A stretch of 44,667 nt of DNA from Octopus bimaculoides (lineage: Eukaryota). Location of the stretch: assembly GCF_001194135.2 (NCBI RefSeq), contig NC_068995.1:48464814-48509480 (forward strand). The letters run 5' to 3'. The notes beneath the pieces were generated by a model, which was given only the letters and a program-made list of their open reading frames with translations, had not been told where the DNA came from and searched no databases. Position numbers and translations under genes: made by a program. Of this stretch, positions 37,986 to 44,667 are shown one piece after another; the first letter of the stretch is position 1; every line of letters starts with the position of its first letter.

Positions 37986-39539
37986 AGTGACTCACAAGAA
38001 ATGCAGACTCGTTTCACGTTTGCTGAGGCTTTTCAATGCCATGCACTCGATTGTCGTCTGCTAACACGAAAAGCGTTATTCAATAAATAGGAAACATTCA
38101 TTTTTATATTCATTGATATTGCGGAAAGTATGTCGGGCAGTAAAAAAGTTTGGTGTACGCAATACAAAACAACATTAACTGAAAATCCCTATCTACGTAT
38201 CATATTATAATTAAATACATCGTTGAAAGACATATAAGTATATAGATCGTTGAAAGGCATAATTATATATATCGTTGAAAGTTATAAATGAAGATATTTC
38301 GTTTTAACGGGTGACAAGAGAATGCATTGTTCTTCATATTTAATTTGGTCTTAAAGTTCTATAAATATAAACACTGTAGTTTCCTGTAGTTGCAACAGTC
38401 CCGAACACAATAGCTCGAAATTCCAGCATCAGGTCACTATACAGCGCAACACTAATGTAGTTCACGAAGATGTTAACAGGAAATACAGTTTGGCAAATGT
38501 GATTCCACAAGAAAACACTTCGTAAATAATGGAACCATCTTTCATTATAGAATATGTCACTATCTATATAGATCAAAGTAAGCGCTACTGAGAATTGACT
38601 TTCATACTCTATGACTGTCTTGTCGCTTTCTTAATGTCTTTGAGAAACACATTAACATCAATTCTTTCTATTTCCTTTTCCATATAAACCTCAAGCATAA
38701 TGTGTATCTAAGAATCATTTATCAAAGCAGTTGCCGCCCTTAATGCTGGCCCTATCTTCACACATACCCATTACAAGTTTCATGTTATCGACTTCTTACA
38801 ACTGATGGTTTTCTTTTCAACTTTTCCTACGACGTCGTTATTGCAGATGAGAAAAGTTTTAAACACCACAGTATTTCATTTCCTGTGCTGGAGATAAATC
38901 AGAGATGTTGGCGCATCATAAGAATCTATACAGTAAAATTAAAAGTAAATGGATTTCGTATCAATTTTATTTTAGTTGTGCCATCAATGAAACTGTTTAA
39001 TCTTTGAATAATATGTAAGTGGTTGTAAAGTTAATCACTTAATCCTCGGGCAAAAATCAGTTTAACACATTATTTGGTAACGTTGGCCTTTTTAATTACA
39101 AACGTAATCTATGCAAATAATTTCTGCATAATTTTTGCTTTGAGAAAAATGAAAGAAACTACAAACCATGACGCAGCTAACAGGTTATTAAATACTCTCA
39201 TGTACTTGATTGGGCGACGCTTTATCAAAAAGAATGAAAAAGAAATGGCAAATCCGGACGAGATTTCAAACGATATAATGTAAAGGGAAGACTGTCACTG
39301 GCAAGCGATTAGGATCTGGTAAGATGATTTCACTAATTGTTTTAGGTGCCTAGGTGGACGTAGAAACCTTGGTTCTCCCATCATTGATACAAAGGAATAT
39401 CGAAGATTTGACAGCAGAATGAGAGAGAGAGAGTGAGTGAGTGAGTGAATGAGTGAGTGAGTGAGTGACAGAGAAACAAAGGGATGATATTCATTTAAGT
39501 TCAGGAAACTGCATCAACGTATAACTTCTCAACGTGCCA

Positions 39540-39612
39540 CCAGGTCCCAGGTCCAGACATGGAATCCACGAGTTCAAGATTGTGAGCTAAACACCCTACC
39601 CACTTGGCCTCG
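39540..39612 (-). mobile_element. Very old tRNA-SINE head remnant
   Basis: Minus strand: ggccaagtgggtagggtgtttagctcacaatc. Confidence 0.4.
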
Positions 39613-39760
39613 AACTTTCATGAAAAGGGTGTAAGTATATCCAGGTATCCACTAGTTGTATGCCCAGGTACCCACTAGTTGTAATTTCCTCAAGCGTAAC
39701 GAGGTTGTCAGCCAAACCGTGAGAAGGGCTTCGTTTAAATAATTCGTTTAAATAATACAT

Positions 39761-40031
39761 CAAACCTGGTTATAAGATGTCATTTAGCAACAGATCAAAC
39801 CTGGGAATAGTCGTCATTTAGTACCGGATCAAAACTGGAAACGGTTGTCATATAGTACCGGATCAACTCTGGTAATAATTGTTATTAGTACCGGATCAAC
39901 TCTGGTAATAGTTGTTATTAGTACCGGATCAAACATGGTAACAGTTGGCATCCAATAACGGATCAACCCTGGTTGTAGTCGTCACTTTGTACCGGATGAA
40001 ACCTGGTAATAGTTGTCATTTTATATCCGAT
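39761..40031 (+). repeat. Minisatellite: 8 tandem units of 33-35 bp
   Basis: Consensus is approximately caaacctggtaatagttgtcatttagtaccggat. Unit lengths 35, 34, 34, 33, 33, 34, 34, 34; no spacers. Confidence 0.92.
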
Positions 40032-40095
40032 CAAACCCAATGATCAATCATCTAACAATGAAAACTCACCGTCTTTTAGTAGTGAGAAAACTCAC

Positions 40096-40134
40096 CATCC
40101 AAAGATGGTGAAGTACTTTCACCATCTTTGGATG
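40096..40134. repeat. Inverted repeat with perfect 17-bp arms and a 5-nt loop
   Basis: catccaaagatggtgaa-gtact-ttcaccatctttggatg. Confidence 0.95.
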
Positions 40135-40798
40135 CGTAAAATAATTTTTTGTGGACGTTTTAAGCTGCTGTATTCTAACAGGTTCGGTGACCCAGAATTT
40201 TGTCCCTCGTTGACTTTAGCTCTTTCTCTGGAGTAACTTATAACGCAGTCATCTGGCATATAATTTTATAGGAAGGTGTTTTGTTCATGTAGTAACGTTA
40301 TCACTCTATTTACTGACTGTAGCGCGGTATTTGACTGTGATTTAAGACTGCGCAGGAGTGGCTACAAGCACACTATAGCGACGACATTGTATCTTACTGT
40401 AAAAATTTTTTCTGAAGGATAACAGCCTTATTGTATTAAAATTAGATAACAAACAGGTATTTTATCATCATAATCTTTTGAGTTAAACGTTGAACGGCCT
40501 CTCCCTATTGTTATTACAACTCATTATGTTTAGCTAAAACACAGCTCGACTTTCAGTGCATGAACTTAAATAATACCTCGTAAACTAAGAACGTGATTGA
40601 TGTTACCCTCAGATATTATTGTTACACTCTAGGCAATGAAAGAGAATATGCGTTTGTTCATTGGTCTTCCACAGTTAATTTCTTCTGTTGCTCGTTTAAG
40701 TTATTGGACGGTGTCCATGCGGAGGCCCCACCATAAAGTGTTTAGTCGGAAAAGTCGACCCCTGTAATTTTTCTTTTACATCGGGGTAATTGTGGTGT

Positions 40799-41018
40799 TG
40801 TTTGTGTCTGTGTTTCTTCTTCACCATCGCTTGAAATGTAGTGTTGGATAGTGTTGGTTTGTCCCCGTGAATTAGTGGCTCGACAATAAGAGACCGATAG
40901 GATAAGTACCACGCTTAAAGAGAAAAAAAACCGTACATGGCTCGATTTGCTTGATTAACATTCTGAAAGCGGTACCTCAAGATGGCCGCAGACGAGTGGC
41001 TGGAACGGGTAAAAGATA
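40799..41018 (+). mobile_element. SINE family A, 3' half (old); a minus-strand fragment lies at 40705-40765
   Basis: ccatcgcttga...gtccccgtgaattagtggctcgacaataagagaccgataggataagtac...gatggccgcag. Confidence 0.8.
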
Positions 41019-42623
41019 ACACACACACACACACATACATACATATATGTGTATGCATGTATGTATAAATATGTGTATACATATATATGCATATATAAAT
41101 GTGTGTGTGTGTATATACTTCTGTGTATGTCTATCTACTTATGCTTCAAAAATATATTTATATACATACGTATAAATGTAAATATATGCATGCATACTCA
41201 CGCACGCAGCACTTGTATAATATGTACGTCGGGATGTGACTCCTCCCTTAAAAATATAAAAAGAAAACGCCTTTAAAAGATCACAAAACAGTAATATAGG
41301 TAAACAATAGATCGTAAGTTCTAAATAAAAACCTGTTAATTGACAACGAGATTTCTCGCTTTGGGTTTTAACTTGGCAACATATCACGCTATAGCTCTTA
41401 TTAGATAACACCCTTAACCAGTCTAAAAGGCATTTAATCCAAATCTAATTATTCGAGTACAGAATAAAGACTAGATTGTTGCAATCCTTTCATTTGTTAT
41501 TTGTTTTATCTTTGTTTTCTCGTTTTGTTTTTCTATCTCTGTCTTTTTTTTTATCCTCTCTTCGTTTTGTTCTTGTTTCAACTTCATCTTTATAGGCCCC
41601 GTTCCAGTGGTTGTCATTTTAAGTCCGTATATTCTAAGGATTTCCCTTTCTGTCTGTCTGTGTTCTTCTTCTTTTTATTCCTGTTTTTTTTTTATCAGTA
41701 ACTAACTGCCATATCTTATAATTCTTCGTCTTTCTACTTTGTGTTAAACAATGATAGCTTGCATAGCCCTCAGAAGCATTCTTTTCGAAACTCTTTCTTT
41801 TTTTATGTTCTCTTCTGCTTTGTTTTGTCAGCTAGACCTTTTACTTTAGATATTCAGACAAAAGGTTTAAGAAGTGTAATCCCTGAAAACCCTTCCATCA
41901 ACCAGCACCACCCTTCCTGCTTAAAACACACATAATCACGACTTCTAACGATCTCTCAACTTGAACTTTTTGTCAAGATAACACGACACTGAATCATACT
42001 AAATGGTTAAAAACCTCAAGTGCAAAAAAGCACAAATATAGATACGTACATACATATAGACGTACACATACATTTATAGACATGTACATATATATATACA
42101 TACATACATAAATACATATATATATATATACATACACACACGGATATATATTTTTGAAAGGAAAAAAAGAAGACGAGAGTGTGGTGGGAGCATAGCGAAA
42201 GAGGAGTTTTGTAAATTTTATCGCTATTTAAAAAACGTGAACACTTATGCGACAAGTAGCAGAGTTAAATAGTCCAGCTTAAAAAGTCAAACCCGATAAC
42301 AACACTTTTCAGGTGTCTTCAAATTGATGCGCAAATTACAACGGACGCCATTTTGAAAATTTTTCTTCAACTCGAGCCTTCAGCAGGCTGAGCTGTGATT
42401 ATTTAATTGACGAACCGAAAAGAAAACAAATGTGAAGAATTAAAATGATTATAGGGTAATGCACATTCACGCGCAGCAGCACACACACACACGTGCGCGC
42501 GCGCGCAAAAACACACACACACACACACACACACACAAATACACAAACATATGGTTTGTTTTATTCTAACGCTGATTCAACAAAGCACTTCAACGAAAAG
42601 CAAATATGCATTCAACGAACTAC

Positions 42624-42658
<35 letters not shown>

Positions 42659-42668
42659 NNNNNNNNNN

Positions 42669-42702
<34 letters not shown>

Positions 42703-43058
42703 GTGTGCGTGTTTGTCTTTTCCTGTGTAATTCTATGTTTCTATACAATAATGCTTACATGCGAATGCATGCGTCTTCGTAAGCACGTGTGTAAACATTA
42801 TTCAAACCTTTTTTATATTGTTTTAATCAAACTTTCATAAAATCTAACGTATCTCGAGTGATTCTTTGTAATGTAATAATGCATTCTGTGCTCGCATTTT
42901 ATGTCATATTTAATCAGGTCCATTTATAATTCTATTTCTAGATACACAAAGATAAATTCAGAAAAGCTGATGTAAGGAAGCGAAGCCTCGTACGACACTA
43001 CCGCATATATTACTGGTATTTTCTTAACAACGGAGAGAAGATTTATACAAAATTGTAC

Positions 43059-43291
43059 CTCTTTTACTCTTTTACTTGTTTCAGTCATTTGACTGCAGCC
43101 ATGCTGGAGCACTGCCTTTAGTCGAGCAAATCGACACCCGGACTTATTCTTTGTTGGCCTAGTACTTATTCTATCGGTCACTTTTGCCGAACCGCTAAGT
43201 TACGGGGAGATAAACACACCAGCATCGGTTGTCAAGCGATGATGGAGGACAAACACAGACACACAAACATACACACACACACACACACACA
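43059..43291 (-). mobile_element. SINE family A, 3' half (young), ending in (CA)n and gap
   Basis: The (TCTTTTAC) tail repeats are followed by the same core as the other copies. Confidence 0.9.
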
Positions 43292-43745
43292 NNNNNNNNN
43301 NNNNNNNNNNNNNNNNNNNNNNNNNNNNNNNNNNNNNNNNNNNNNNNNNNNNNNNNNNNNNNNNNNNNNNNNNNNNNNNNNNNNNNNNNNNNNNNNNNNN
43401 NNNNNNNNNNNNNNNNNNNNNNNNNNNNNNNNNNNNNNNNNNNNNNNNNNNNNNNNNNNNNNNNNNNNNNNNNNNNNNNNNNNNNNNNNNNNNNNNNNNN
43501 NNNNNNNNNNNNNNNNNNNNNNNNNNNNNNNNNNNNNNNNNNNNNNNNNNNNNNNNNNNNNNNNNNNNNNNNNNNNNNNNNNNNNNNNNNNNNNNNNNNN
43601 NNNNNNNNNNNNNNNNNNNNNNNNNNNNNNNNNNNNNNNNNNNNNNNNNNNNNNNNNNNNNNNNNNNNNNNNNNNNNNNNNNNNNNNNNNNNNNNNNNNN
43701 NNNNNNNNNNNNNNNNNNNNNNNNNNNNNNNNNNNNNNNNNNNNN

Positions 43746-43779
<34 letters not shown>

Positions 43780-43827
43780 ATATGAAATTATTCGTCCTCC
43801 ACATTCTTTTTGTGTATTGACCTACTT

Positions 43828-43900
43828 AAGTCCACTGACCTACTTAAATGTAAGTTTTGGTCCCAAAAATTCGACTTGTGCGCCGCAAAATATGTTAATA
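43828..43900. mobile_element. Possible Tc1/pogo-like right-end remnant
   Basis: tcgacttgtgcgccgcaaaatatg resembles tcgacttatacgccggaaaatacgg-type TIRs (from memory); preceded by a duplicated gacctacttaa. Confidence 0.3.
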
Positions 43901-44630
43901 TTGAGCGAAACTACATAAACCGAATACGAGGACTAAGCATAGCTGTGTAGTCTAACATTATATTAAAGACGAATCAACCAGATGTTGTTGTTAAGTAACA
44001 ACACGAAAGGAAATTTATCCTGGCCGATGAATCAATCAATATAGAAGATAATGTAACGTTAATAGAACTGGATACACTATGGAAATGCCAAACTATGGAA
44101 ATATAGATAACCAAAATGTGTTGTTTGAATGCAGAAATAATCTTTCTAATGATAGTTGCAATACCAATGATTAACACGGAAAGAAGTAAAAAAATTCTAA
44201 CACAATCGGAAAATTTATTCATGTACAAAACATACCGAAAATATCACTGCTAGGCAGTGTATATATATATTAGTTTTCAATGGAATGGAGTAAATAGAAT
44301 AATTTTCAATAGAATACAGAAAAAAATCTGTTTGTACCAAAGACATAGAGAGCCATACTCGATTCTGTAGTGAAAGCAAGAAATAAAAAAAACTATATAT
44401 ATGGAGATAACGTATAAGAGTAATTCAAAATTGATTTTGGTTAGATACGCATATTTGTATACATGTATAGATATGAATGTGTATGCTTGCACACCGATAT
44501 ATATGTGTGTGTGTGTGTGTGTGTTTGTGAGTGTGTGTGAGTGTGTGTATGTATGTATGTATGTATACATATGCATGTGTGCAAATGTGTTCTTGTGTCT
44601 GTACGTGTGTGTGTAGATATATGGATTGAA

Positions 44631-44667
<37 letters not shown>

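Noticed and set aside
39319-39345. Perfect-looking mini-intron (GTAAG...CTAAT...TTTAG)
   Set aside because: At 27 nt it is too short for typical metazoan splicing, and the upstream frames are closed.
39761-40031. CRISPR-like array
   Set aside because: The units abut with no unique spacers, the context is eukaryotic, and there are no cas genes.

Overview
This is AT-rich animal genomic DNA, most likely Octopus (inferred from SINE families I recall as octopus-specific). It is a short-read scaffold: most N-gaps are flanked by (AT)n or (AC)n microsatellites. I find no confidently supported host gene, rRNA, functional tRNA or CRISPR array, and most ORF-track entries are artefacts of microsatellites and gaps. 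The window is probably intronic or intergenic. It holds many tRNA-derived SINE copies (my labels A-E), two decayed Penelope-like GIY-YIG retroelements from different clades, a decayed mariner transposase, MITE remnants, a 34-bp minisatellite and a strong palindrome. Best leads: (1) a tRNA-like Pol III head sits directly in the 3' end of a Penelope ORF, and a second copy of that head is linked to a minimal hammerhead ribozyme and an inverted duplication, suggesting a Penelope-derived Pol III ribozyme SINE/pLTR; (2) a tRNA-SINE head is fused to a U6 snRNA-derived segment. Family names come from memory; no database search was run.
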